From Octopus vulgaris (Eukaryota): a stretch of 64,000 nt of DNA. Location of the stretch: contig OX597820.1 of NCBI GenBank assembly GCA_951406725.2, positions 90,210,001-90,274,000 on the forward strand, read 5' to 3'. Positions 37,308-50,300 of the stretch are shown piece after piece (the stretch's first letter is position 1; each line of letters opens with the position of its first letter). Under the pieces are notes generated by a model. That model was not told the DNA's origin. It saw only the letters and a list, made by a program, of their open reading frames with translations, and ran no database searches. A program made the translations under genes and the position numbers.

Positions 37308-38535
37308 TGGAGAGATATAGAGAGACGCACACACATATATCGAGCCAAGTGAATACTTAGATGGGTGACTGCTTGGGAAACCTAGATGTTGCAAGCGTCT
37401 CACACTTTAAAAGGTGGTTCTCCAGCATGACCATATTTAAAATGAGTGAAACCAGTAAAAGAATAGATGTATATGTATCCATATCTTCATAGAAATATTA
37501 AACATTACAAACAAAACTATAGGAAACGAAACATATCTTACAGGTTATATTCCTTTCATGTATGCCACATTGAATATCTCACATTGATTTTGAGAATTGT
37601 TACATGCACCAGTTATCAATCTTAAATCATTTGGTCGTGAAACAAAGAAACTTATAAGTGTAAAATATCTTAAGTTCAGTGTTATGTGTTCATTATTTTA
37701 CTATATTACTTGTTCCCCTCATTGGACTGCGGTCATGCTGGAACACCACAGTTATATCAATAATCTGTCCTTCTCATATATAGCTTATATTCTAAGCATG
37801 ACTACTTTTTTCACTCTAACTTCTTCTTCTTCTTCTTCTTTGAGCGAGAGAGAGAGGGGGGAGAGAGGGAGAGAGAGGGGGAGAGAGAGAGGGAGAGAGA
37901 GAGAGAGAGAGAGAGAATAGCAGTTTCCGTTTATAGCTTCTTGTTGCACAAGCAATACTGGCTGACCTAAACCTTTCTGAAATTTTCCACAATACCTGAA
38001 AATAAAGTTTCCATTAAAAAAAAAATGCCCACAACTCCTACCTGTCTTTCGACCTTAACACCCTCCGCTAAATCTCGTAGAACGCAACAGATGGAATTCA
38101 CACAACATCATTGAATCATTCGCTGGAAATAATTAGCGCATAGAAACATTCAAATGCACAAATTCCAAGAACAGTCTACTCTTGATTTCGAACAGTAGTC
38201 TGTTCGAAAATGTGACGCGCAGCCTCACATAACCCTCTGAACTGAGCCTTAGTTCCTTTTCAAAGATGTGGTGCAGAATCACGACACAACTACTATTGTG
38301 TCCATTCAAGCTAGCCACAACTTCATAATGCTTATTGCAGCTGTCCATGTCACGTCTTTCAGCTTTTACAGTGTTTTCAATGCATTGAGTAGCGAGCGAA
38401 CATGATGTCAGCATTTTGATACCAGACGCGAATCATCATGATATAATTCTTTTCAACACAAATTTATCACGAATACAATAGTGTGTGTGTGTATGTGCGT
38501 GTGTATTAAGATAGAGAGATATAGCTGTTTCTATA

Positions 38536-38585
<50 letters not shown>

Positions 38586-38588
<3 letters not shown>

Positions 38589-39229
38589 GGGTTGGATAAA
38601 ATAATGGAAACACCTTAAAATTTCAAACAAATTTATTTTAATATGGGGTAGGACCTCCTTTGGCAGAAATTACAGCTTGAATTCTACGAGCTATGGACTC
38701 GTACAAAGTTTGAATTGTTTCCAAAGGGATTTTTGTTCATTCTTCCGCTAAAACAGTCTGCAGTTCTTGTAGTGATGATGGTGGATGATATCGACTCCTT
38801 ACTTGTTTTGTTTTCTAAAATGCACCTTAAATGTGCAATAATATTGAGATCTGGAGACTATATTGGCTAGATAAGATGTTCAGCTTCACTAGAATGTTCC
38901 TCGTGCTATTCAGTAACAACTTTCACTGTGTGAATTGGTGCATTATCATCCTGAAAGATTGCGTTTCCCTCCGGAAACAGTTCCGCAATCATAGGATGAA
39001 TTTGATCAGATTAAATGCTTAAATAGTCTTGACTATTAATTCTGCTATGAAGGGAAAACATTGGGCCGGGGGAGTTCCAAGACATAGCCCACAAGATCAT
39101 CACAGATCCTTCTCCATACTTAACATCTGGAAGAGGGTACTCTGAGTCAAATGCCTCTTTTGGCCGTCTCCACACGTATATTGGGCCGGTGGTCGGAAAT
39201 AAGGTAAACAAAGACTCCTCCGAGAAAAT
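38586..39229 (-). mobile_element. Truncated second copy of the DD36E Tc1 family
   Basis: TIR caggggttggataaaataatggaaacacc after (TA)n. Minus strand reads FTLFPTTGPIYVWRRPKEAFD...VKYGEGSVMILW...FQDDNAPIHT...SPDLNII. Confidence 0.92.
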
Positions 39230-39410
39230 ACACTATACACTCGCGCGCGCATATATGCATAATATAAAGGTGTCAGATCACACGTGGTTGTAGATATTTA
39301 AGAAAGAAAAATATGTAAAAACACATGGGAGGTTTGTATAATAAAAAATATGCTAATATTAAGATCATAATTAAACACAGAGTTGTATTACAATATTATG
39401 CAATAAACTA

Positions 39411-39447
39411 GGAGTACCGGTTTCGCGTCTTCCGCTTATCAAACTTC
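39411..39447 (-). ncRNA. Minimal hammerhead with U3-A8 core variant
   Basis: Minus strand: gaagt-TTGATAA-gcg gaaga cgc-GAAA-ccgg-TA-ctcc. Helix I is weak. Confidence 0.6.
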
Positions 39448-39993
39448 GAAAGTCTCAGTTTTAACTCATGGAAACGGCATTTTGTGTTTTTTGACAATAA
39501 TTTTTGCAGTCAAGGGATTTCAATTTATCTGGAAATTACAAGTTAGTTTCAAAGTATTGTTAGGGTCTTTGGACTGAATGTATACAGATTTGTGAGATAT
39601 ATACACAAAATCTAAGGGGCTGTTTACAAATATTTCAAGGGTGGAGAGAAGAATTGATTGTTGTTCTGTTCTAGTGGGGGTTGGTTATTACTAACATGAA
39701 TTAATGTTCAGTTCTGGTTTATATTTCTCGATAAAAGAGGCTTCCATTTTAAGACTTCTATATTCTGTTGAGATAGAGTCAGCAAATTTGTACAGATGGA
39801 ATATATAGAACTGTGGTTGCAGTTGTTTAGCACATACGTCAATATGTTCGCTGAGATATATCTGGCGATATTGTGGTGAAGCTATTTGTTGCCGGTGCAC
39901 TGTTCAGTGGCGGCCGATTGAATTTCCCGTTCTTCCGACATAATCTTTATGGGAGCCCCAGCATTTGATCACATGAATTATATTTTGAGATTT

Positions 39994-40031
39994 GGAAGTT
40001 TGGTAATCGTAAGACGCGAAACCGGTACGCC
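39994..40031 (+). ncRNA. Minimal hammerhead, decayed sister copy
   Basis: ggaagt-TTGGTAA-tcg taaga cgc-GAAA-ccgg-TA-cgcc. Confidence 0.45.
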
Positions 40032-40139
40032 TAGTTTATTATATAATGTTGTAATACAACAACTCCTTGCTTCGTTATTGATATTAGTATTAGCATAAAT
40101 CTTATTATACAACCCCCCTGCGCGTTTTTACATATTTTT

Positions 40140-40187
<48 letters not shown>

Positions 40188-43100
40188 CGTGTGCGCGTGT
40201 ATAAAGGGAGAAACACAGAACAACAGAGAAAGAGGGTATGGGAGAATCAACCTGCTAAGTCTTTGATGTTATCTAAATAGAGTAGACATTTTCCCTTCGG
40301 TTTCAGTCTAGTGTTGCTAAATCAATGTCCAGTTCATGACACCATAAATGACACTTGGTAAACATGTTCGACAATCATCAGCAGAGTTATTAAATACGCT
40401 TAAGCTAGGCATAAAAATGAGTTTTAAGAACACCCATTAAAATATTTCTGTTGTGACAGAAATGAGATCTTCTTTTAAAAATCTTTTATGCATCCGCTAA
40501 TTATTTTGCCCATTATATATATTAGATTTTATATAGAGAGATTTGATGTAGTAGTCATATTGTTCTATGGGCTCATAGTGTTGGAAGCATTCTCAAAATT
40601 TCCTCCACGCTCAATTTTTGCCACACTGTAACTCGCCTTCCATTATCGCTTTTTGAAACAATATAATTTTTCAGGATTCTTTCAGTAATTCAGGACGTTT
40701 TTTTCTTTGAGAGGTAGTTATATATATGTTATGTTATACTGTATTACGGAATCTATAAAAAAATAAATTGTTTTTCTCTTTTAATTCTACTTCTTTTTAG
40801 CTTTAGTGTTCAAGATGCCGTTCACCTCGGTGACCCATTCAACCGTTGTTTAAGGCATTTTCAGGGGGTTATAAAGTTTTTTCGCCAGGAATATGTGATA
40901 CAGTTGTATATTACAATACGAAGTAGGTGGGAGTTTATAATTTTTGGAAACTTTTAGGTGTTTTCTTTTGTTTCTATATTTGCAGAATTTGATCAGGTGC
41001 TACGCTAGTTTCCCGTAACACTCTATTTGTAACGCTTACACCCACTCAAAACTCTCATATTATTATTGAAGTTGATACTGTCTTAAATATATATATTTCT
41101 GTTCTTAGTTCTTAATACAGACTCTCGTAGCTGAAATAGAAGACTTTGCCTTTCTTTTCTTTTAGCATAATTGTTTTTTTTTTCCCTATATTCAAAAATT
41201 ATTTAAGACGCAACATATGTCAGCTTTGGAATATTTTTTTCCGCGTTAGTTTTTTTTTTCTCTTTCTCAAATTTCTTTCTTTTGTCATATATGTTAATCC
41301 TACTGATGCTGTTAAAGACCAAGTAATATATTCCGTATTTATCATATTTTTCGTATTTGTTTTTTAGACTATTCATTCATGTTTTTATATTCATCACTTC
41401 CATCTTTCTATTTCTCATACTCCCCATTATGCGTATCTGTTTTATGTTGCTCGCTATTATATAGGTAACCTAAGGTTAAATTTAGTTATGTCTTACATGT
41501 AATGTATTTGTTTTACATTATACAAAATGTATTTCACTGTAACTATATGGTTTATGTAACCGTTGATGATCCCTACATAAAGAATGACAATCTGTACTGT
41601 TCTGCCCCCGTATTTAAATTTCAGAATGTTTTAATTCGCATTGCGTATTTCTATTTCCATTATGCAAGCTTTCTTTTAATTATTCTATTTTAATTTCTGA
41701 CTTGAGGTTTTGATTTTAGTATTTTCCTCTCAAAGCTCTTTCTTGTGTCTTAATTTCTTTATTCTTTTACTATTATTTTCCTAGTTTGATCTGATGACAG
41801 TATTTCTTTCGTTCCTCTCCGAGATTATTTGGATTATTGCTGTTATTGTTCCGTTTAAAGGTATTGCAAATCAGAAACTTTCAGAAAAGTGCATGGAAGG
41901 TATTCCAGAGGGTGACAATATGATAGATAGAACTGGGCTTTGTATTTAATTTAATATACATGTAATGAACAAGGTATGGATGATGAGTGGAAGAGAGTTG
42001 AGAGCAACTCATTGGCGACCGGACAATTCCAGACTACTACAAGAGATAGACAGATAAATACATATAGATAAATAGAGAGAGATAGAGGAGGAGTGAGAGA
42101 GCACGGGGAGAGAAGTCCGAGAGTGTTTGCTAGTAAATTCCTATCAGTTAGTGGAGGGTCATTATGGAGTTGTAAACGAGGATGTCTGTGTTAGAATCAT
42201 TCTTTCAGATACGGCAATTGTTTTCTGTTGTGGCTTGAATCAAGTTTTATATAAAGTTATAAGATATTTTCTGGTGCTGAATAAAAAAGCCTGGTTCAAG
42301 TTAGTGAAAATGAGTTTCAGTATTCGAAGCAACTGCAGTGCATCTATCTAGTTGTGCTACTTATTGCTATAGGAATATCGAAGATGTTTTTTTTTTTTTA
42401 TATGGTTAAGGATTATATTTTGTTGTTGACGGAGACAATAATATTTCATATTTCACCTCTGATTATTACACAAAAAATCCCTAGTAGACAATCTATTAAA
42501 ATTCGCCCCTTTAAATTTTCTTTAACATTTTGATTGTTTTACATTTTATTGTGATTGTAAATCAATGGCTTATGGAACCGTAGATAATCCCTACATAAAG
42601 CATGTAAAGCTATACTTCTTGCTAGAAGAGTTTTCTAGGCCCTTAAATTTTACAGATGTAGGTTCGGTGTATAAACATATCGATTGCTATGAGTAATAAC
42701 TGGGACACAAAGAAAAAAAATGCAAACTTGAAAACACGTACTTAAGACTTACATGTCTGAAAACAGTCACATTTAACAACCTAGTAAGATCGTTCCTCAT
42801 GTTACTGAAGATACTTTTAATTTCATAATACGTCACATACTCTAATTTTCTCGTTACTCGACTAGAAATAGAGAACCTTCATATAATGTAATGTACGCAT
42901 CCTGTAATCGTCGGTAAATTACAAAACAAAACTTATACTAAACAGCATTATTCTATGAAATAATGCGACGTTTTATAGCATTACTTAATTAGCATACTTA
43001 CAGACGAAACATTAATGCTACATCAGAAATATAAAAAACAAGCCAGCATAACCAAGTAAACAGATGTACGATGTAAATATAATTGTACTCTCCCAAGACA

Positions 43101-43289
43101 ATGCTGTCCACACCTCGGTATACGGAGGTGCACCTGCTGATGTAGTAAAAACTCATTTGCAACTTTTTAAAATATGATAATAATAATTCGAACTGAGATG
43201 GTCGTGTGGCTCATGATGATAACGACGATATCAGCTGTAATGTTGATCACGAAGAAGTAAAGATTACGATTATCAAGGGTAGTAATATC

Positions 43290-43620
43290 CTGTATATATA
43301 TATATATACGTACAATATATTTATATTCTGTATATATATATATATATACGTACAATATATTTATATTATGTATATATATATATATATATACGTACAATAT
43401 ATTTATATTATGTATATATATATATATATATACGTACAATATATTTATATTATGTATATATATATATATATATAAATATATACGGACAATATATTTATAT
43501 TCTGTATATATATATATATATGTACAATATATATAAGTATAATATACATATATACAATATATAATATATGTATATATGTATATAAATATATTATATACAC
43601 ATATATATAATATATATTTA
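43290..43620. repeat. ~40-bp minisatellite built on (TA)n (tatatata-cgtacaatatatttatattatg)
   Basis: About 5-6 visible units that decay rightwards. Confidence 0.9.
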
Positions 43621-44546
43621 TACACTCACATACACTGACACATAGTCATTCACGAGCACATTTATTGAAAAACAATATATCTATAGTTGTTTTTGCTTAC
43701 TTGTCTCATGGCAGTTCTCAAATTCTCAACATTACGAAAATCGTCTCAAAAAGTCTCGCGGGTTTCCATCGTGTCTATGTCCAGATGTGTATATTTCGAA
43801 GTTTTTGTATTCTGTTTGTGTAATATAATACATTTAGTAAACAACAATTCGTTTGAGAATTAAAATCCTTGTAACAAACCAACAAACTGTAATTGAACCA
43901 TTCGCGTTTTCTCTCCGGTCTCTACCTTTAAAAACATCAACAAAACTGATCTGCGTCTTATGATTGTCGGCAAACTCAATGAATAAATCACGGAGAAAAT
44001 GCACATCCACGACTATAGACGTTTCTATGAACTTTGCAATCCTTAGCTGTTTCTTGTCCTCAAAATTGAATAAAAAATTTAAGGTAAAAATGTTTGTTTA
44101 CTTCCTTATAGTTTTTTTTCTTCCTATTTCTGAATTAAAAGAAAACAACAATACTGGCCTGTAAGTTATAACGAGTCGCCTGATCACGAAAGATGTTTTA
44201 ATCTTCATGTAATTATCTTAACTACTTAGTTTAATCCGATAAAGATTAGTGGCACATAAAAATGTTATTGCTCAGACAGAGAATTGGTATATGTTTGCGT
44301 AGGAGATGAAGATAGAGTTCAGACAGCACTTAGAGATTCTTGCCTCTCTATTTCCGTTAGAATTGTTTTACTGGAATTTGAATTAAACATTTAGAGCATG
44401 AGATGTATGTAGCAGAGTCTCCTAAAAAAAACCCAAAGCATTACATATACAGAGAGCCGATTCATTCAACTTCAGCTTCTCCACAAAAAATATATTTCTT
44501 TGTCTAAAAGAACTTTAAAAATATTAACACATTATCTTATATATCC

Positions 44547-44587
<41 letters not shown>

Positions 44588-44679
44588 ATATAATATACGT
44601 ATATACGATATACATGTATACACTCACACACACACACGCACACATACTCATACACGCGCACATTTATTGAAACACGGTG

Positions 44680-44932
44680 GGGGCGCGTGGCTTAGAGCTC
44701 AGAGTGTTGGATTCATGATCGTAAGATTGTGGTTTTGATTCCTGTACCGGGCGACGCGTTGTCTTCTTGAGCAAAACACTTCATTTCACGTTACTCCAAT
44801 CTAGTCAGCTGCAAAACGTGAGTAATCCTGCGACGGACCGGCGTCGCGTCCAGGTGAGGAAGTTATACACCATGGAAACCGGGAAACCAGCCCTTATGAG
44901 TCGGTATGAATCCAGAAGTTGACTTTTAACCT
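44680..44932 (+). mobile_element. tRNA-derived SINE with Meta-like domain, different 3' half from 34680
   Basis: Head gcgcgtggcttag...tcatgatcgtaag, core cttgagcaaaacacttcatttcacgtt...cagctg, then cctgcgacggaccggcgtcgcgtccagg...ggaaaccggg. Confidence 0.8.
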
Positions 44933-45333
44933 ATTTAGACACATGCTTTAACTTCGGATTTCATATCTCGTACATTCTGATTTGCTATTCGTACACCAAC
45001 ATCTACGCAAAATAAAGTAGATATCAGTCACTATCATAATTTCTATATTAGACTTTGACCTTCCCCCACGTTCTTATCGTGTTCTTATTCTAAGAGACAA
45101 ACCTTGGAGAGAGAGAATGAAGAGGATAAGGTATCTTAGCATTTATTATTTTTTGTGTTACCTTCTAATGAATTTTGATTTCAAATTCTTCATGCATTCG
45201 CTTTAAGTTTATTTCATAGGAAATGGGATGAGTACCTTTAAATCTAATATTGGTTTAAAACTTTGGCACATGTCCAGTATTTATGGGAAAGGATGTAAGT
45301 TGATTACATTGACTCTAGTGCTTAACTGGGGTC

Positions 45334-45364
<31 letters not shown>

Positions 45365-45367
45365 GTA

Positions 45368-45754
45368 TTGGGTGTTTGGTAACTAGCTTCCTTACCAAGC
45401 ACATGGTTTCGGGTACAGTCCCACTGAGTGGCAGCTTGGACAAGTGCCTTCTACTATACCCTTGGGCCGACGAAGACTTGTGAGTGGATTTGGTAGACGG
45501 TCTCTGAAAGTAGCCCGTCATATACATATATGTGTGTGTGCATATTTGTGCATCTATGTTTGCCCCTCCACTATCGTTTGGCAACTGATGCTGGTGTTTT
45601 TACGTCTCTCTAAGTTAGCGGTTCGGCATAAGAACCCGATGGAATAAGTACTAGGCTTACAAATAATAAGTCCTGGGTTCGATTTGTTCGACTGAAGGTG
45701 GTGCTCCAGCATAGCTACCGACAAATATCTGAAAAAAGTAAAAGAATAAAAGAA
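45368..45754 (+). mobile_element. SINE family A
   Basis: Colinear match to the copies at 27839 and 61157. Confidence 0.88.
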
Positions 45755-46063
45755 TATATATATTATATAATATAAACATATTGATTATCGGTTACTACGA
45801 ATTATGCCTGCTTGGAACCCTGCATTACATGTTCGAATTACATTTCGATGCTACATCAGAACGGATCATTTGGGAACAATTTATTGCATTAAATTACTGA
45901 GAAGTAACTTCAGCATTTGATCTGTATTGCATGACTAATAATGCTCCTAAGTTTAGTAGTTTGTTAGCCGCTATACTGGAAGCAGACTGGACGATGATAA
46001 TCTATGTGGTGCTCTAAACTTAACATCAGCAATTGTACAACTACTCCTTCTTATAAAATGTAC

Positions 46064-46104
<41 letters not shown>

Positions 46105-47286
46105 GACAGAGAAAGTCTCTGTGTGTATGTGTGTGTGTTTGTGTGTGTGGTAGTAAACTAACAGAGGAATGGATATGACGGAAATGCATTTTTAAACAGT
46201 AAAAATTGTTTCAAAACCCGGAAGTCTTTTTTTTTATATCTTTCAACATGATGAGTTATAAACAGAACATTTATTTAAAACCATATGATATGACGTACTA
46301 ATGGGATTGTACTAATCATCTTTTCAGTCTAGCAATGGTAACTCCGAAAAAAAATTACTGGTTTGCACTGTAGAATTGAAGCAATCTCATACATCGAAAA
46401 AGAAGAACATAAGTGACAATGGTATAAAATATAAGCAACAGGATTCCACGCTAGGAAAAATTCAATCTGGTTGGGGAAACTATGGAGACAGATCGTCAAA
46501 TTAGTTCCCCATTGTTACTGCTATTGTAAACAGCTGGTGCCACTGATATTAAGAGGTCAGGAACCGCTTAATTTATTGTATATATATATATATATACATA
46601 TACTAATGGTAGAGAGAGAAGGATTTAGAAATGACACTAAAACATTTAGAGAAATGTCAGTTTACTACTTTACATTCTCAGAATGTTGTAACTAATGGGA
46701 AGAAAAAAGTATAAAAGAAAATCACCAGGATAAAAATAAAAATATAAAACAAATAAGGGCAAGGATCGACGCTGATCAAATAATGTATTTTCGTGATTTT
46801 CGCTCCATTTTTATGTTTATTTTTATATTCTACGATGAACGTATTCACCTCATGACCTCAATGATACTTTTCTCCCGATTCACAGTTTTTCATTTGTGAC
46901 ATTTGTGTTATCTAGATTCATTAAATATTTTCTTCAGATTTAATCCCTCAAACATTCTGATGACTAAGATTTTGCTTAGTACTTTTACTAAGTTTGAACT
47001 TATGGAAACCATAATAAATAATGTTTTTAGCTCTACTCCTCGCTACTTCTGTGATAGTGAAACGATGCCCTAAAGAGTTAATATGTTCTCTATTTGTCAC
47101 AAGTTACCACTTGGTGGCAATGGTGTGTTGTAAAATACATTTGATTCTCCTTTCAACTAATACATAAATATTAACCACAGACGGATGATAGCCAAAGTAA
47201 AGCTGGGTGGTATAAAACATCAGGACGAAAATCAAACGCAGCAAAATCAGACATTAAAACTGTTCATAGAGATAATTCAGCCAGCC

Positions 47287-47330
<44 letters not shown>

Positions 47331-50300
47331 TATAAAGACGAAATAAGCATCATTTGGACTTTCAGTAAACAAGGTGAACATCGTTGTCTGAAAGGTTCTT
47401 AATGTCAGGAATTACGAGATACTTTTCTACAACAAGATGCGTAGCAAAGTATAAGATTGGAAAAGAATTGATAAAAAACATTTTTCTTCATGTGTTTACC
47501 ACAGAAACACATCTATTGATTTGTTTAACACATATGCAGCATATAAGCCACCCTGTATATTTCTTTCACTCAGTACCTACCATACTAATATGGTGGTCAG
47601 TACTCTTTTTTAATGAGTGCAAGCATATCAATCAAAAATAAAATTATTGGCATTTTCTGGTACAAAGAAAAAAAATCTTAATCTCAATTTACAAGGCGGT
47701 GTTCTTGGCTTGTTTACCAATTTCCTTCGTTTTGACAGTTATTTATTTCATTTATTTACTTGATTTTATCTTTGTGCATTTGTTTATTTTGCAAATGGCA
47801 TAATCATATCTGTTAACAAGCATGTCCTACCGTCAAGTTACTCTGAAATCTGGTCGATATATACAGAGAAATCGCAAAATTCAGTGACATCTTCAATATC
47901 CGTTACTGGATAAGTTCGTATTTCTTTCCATTGTGTCGATAATACTCTACGTATTCCATACTCTATGCGTGTTCTATATCTATTTGATTTGTATGTTATA
48001 TTTATATATGTCTAAGTTCTATGATTTGTTTTCTCTTTTGTACAACTTTGAAAACCTGTTTTAGTAATCACAGCGCAACAGTGCCCAGGAAATTGCTTCT
48101 ACATTCAATATATACGTTCTGTATATTTTTACTAAATGTAGTTCTTTTTAGATAATATATAAGCTGTTTTTATACCATTGCCTCATCTAAGGAGACAGTT
48201 TTATAAGCTTTAGAAATAACTTCCATCGTAGACACAAAAACCTAACTATCTGAAGATGGGCTCAATCAACAAAATAAACACTGGTAATTGACTAGCATTT
48301 ACCTTATCGAGCCCCAGAAGGATGAAGTATGAAGACACTACTAGCAGGCTTTGAACTTCAGACGTAAATGTACATAACTAAATACCACAAAGCATACTAT
48401 CCACCTCTCTATTAATTTTGACATCCATTACCTACAAAGCTTCTAAGATTAATATGAAATCTGTTGCTATGTTTGAAGTCTATCAGAGCAAAGTTTATCT
48501 TATAATGTCTTGATTCATGGCTGAGTTATTATCTCCACAGGCATAGTATTATTTCATTGTTTTTTTCTTGTAATAGAGATTTGCTTTCTCATTTTTCAAT
48601 TATATTTTACGTGACTTACCTGGCTTTTACAACTTGGACCTATTTGTGCATCCTCATTTGTTTTATATTTGTCCAATGCCCTGTAGATATAAAATAATGT
48701 ATTTTTTGATCGTCTTTCTGCACTGTTATTATATTTTGATATTACTCTCTTTTTCTGCTTAATCTTGTCCCTTTTTACTATGTTTCAAGTCACTGAACTG
48801 CTTACCTATTTACCTGTCCACCTACCGCATTAAGACTAGCAAAAAGTATGCAACAACATTTACTGATAGTGTACTCTAAATGCTGTCGATATATTACATG
48901 TTTATTTTCTTATCCTTTGTTATATATTTAGTGTTTAGGAAAACAGATACCAAATACGATATTATTTCAGAGAATTTTATTTTAAAACGTCACGGAATTG
49001 TAATAGTACAATGTTACTCAAGAAAGTGGGTTGTTCAATTTGCTAACATAGTTTCTGTGAAGCACAAAAGCACCCAGTGCTCCAGGTTGCCACTTAAGTT
49101 ACGCATTCTCATCTAAACGTTTCAATAGATCAAACATTGGCCCGGAGATGACTGTGGAACTAATAAGCATCGACAATGTTGAATGGTAAGCAACACAGGC
49201 AACACTGCATGGTTAAAAGATAGAAACAACACTCTGTGGATGAGTGGCATAGGCAAATCTATGAGTTTAAGCGGTGAAAGCGAATCTGTTTACTTAAGAT
49301 AAGCATAGCCATCAACTGAAAAGGTTTGCTTTGTTACGACGTTGTTTCGAATTCCACTGCGCAGTATCTTTGGCCTGTAATGTTTGCCAGGGTATAGAAC
49401 CAACCAACGCATTGTAAGCGTAGTTTGAAGTTTGGAAGATAGAAGCTGTTTTGAAGCTAATTTGTGTGGTTGGTTCATTTCGGGAATGCTAGACTTAATC
49501 TGCTCCTAGATTTAGCACCAAACACTCTCCCTTAAATGTAGTTAGCGCTTTGTTGGAATCATTTCCTTCACAACTTTTGCCTGAGAATCACTTCTGCAAT
49601 TTACACCACGTTCAAAGACCTTCATCCTGGGCGCTTCCAGACTCACATACACTAAATCAGTAAAACAGTGCCAGACATATTATTGAAGTAAATTTAATGC
49701 CACAATCGATCGCCAAAATATTCTGCAAAAGAAGCTTTATATCATTGACTCTTCTAGTAACACTCAGTAATAAGCAAATTGCATTATTCATAAAACCCCA
49801 TTAGTAATGATGTAAGTACCATTAATAATAATATTAACATAACTATACGTAGTCATAGAATTTATCAGATTCTTACTTTCCAACAGTCTACAATTGCCAG
49901 TAAGTAAAATATTCTTTGTTTACTAAACAGTAAAATAATATACACTTAATCTAAGGCGAATTTATTCTCTGATACTTCAGAACATGCTTGATGATATATG
50001 AATCCAAATTATGTAATCATTGGCAGCATCTCAAGGTCTGCGGTCTTAAATCCTATTGTAGGCAAGTAGAAACGTAACATAGCTCTACGTGTCTAAATGC
50101 TCGGGTACTTTCCTTATGCTCTATAAACATCAATTAGGTGTAACGCCTGTCGATGTGTGCTGAGATATATCCTACATCGTGTAAGGATAATGTCTACCTG
50201 AGTTTTAAAACTGATAACAGAACGAGAAATGTCTGTGTGAGTGCATGGGAGAGTGAAGGTGGAAGGTACGTTACATATACATGCACATATGCAAATTAGG

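Larger units (their letters stand above)
39305..40143 (-). mobile_element. 5'-truncated Penelope-like element: GIY-YIG fragment, 3' pseudo-LTR and an inverted pseudo-LTR copy at the 5' junction
   Basis: Minus strand 39987-39691: QNIIHVIKCWGSHKDYVGRTG...HRQQI...SEHIDVC...EASFIEKYKPELN. ~39305-39447 is the imperfect reverse complement of ~39995-40143. Confidence 0.9.

Noticed and set aside
41900-42360. Possible decayed PLE coding sequence on the minus strand
   Set aside because: Only vague motif resemblance, not supportable by eye.
46957-46990. CTGATGA followed by a ctaag/cttag hairpin
   Set aside because: No GAAA, helix III or helix I follows.
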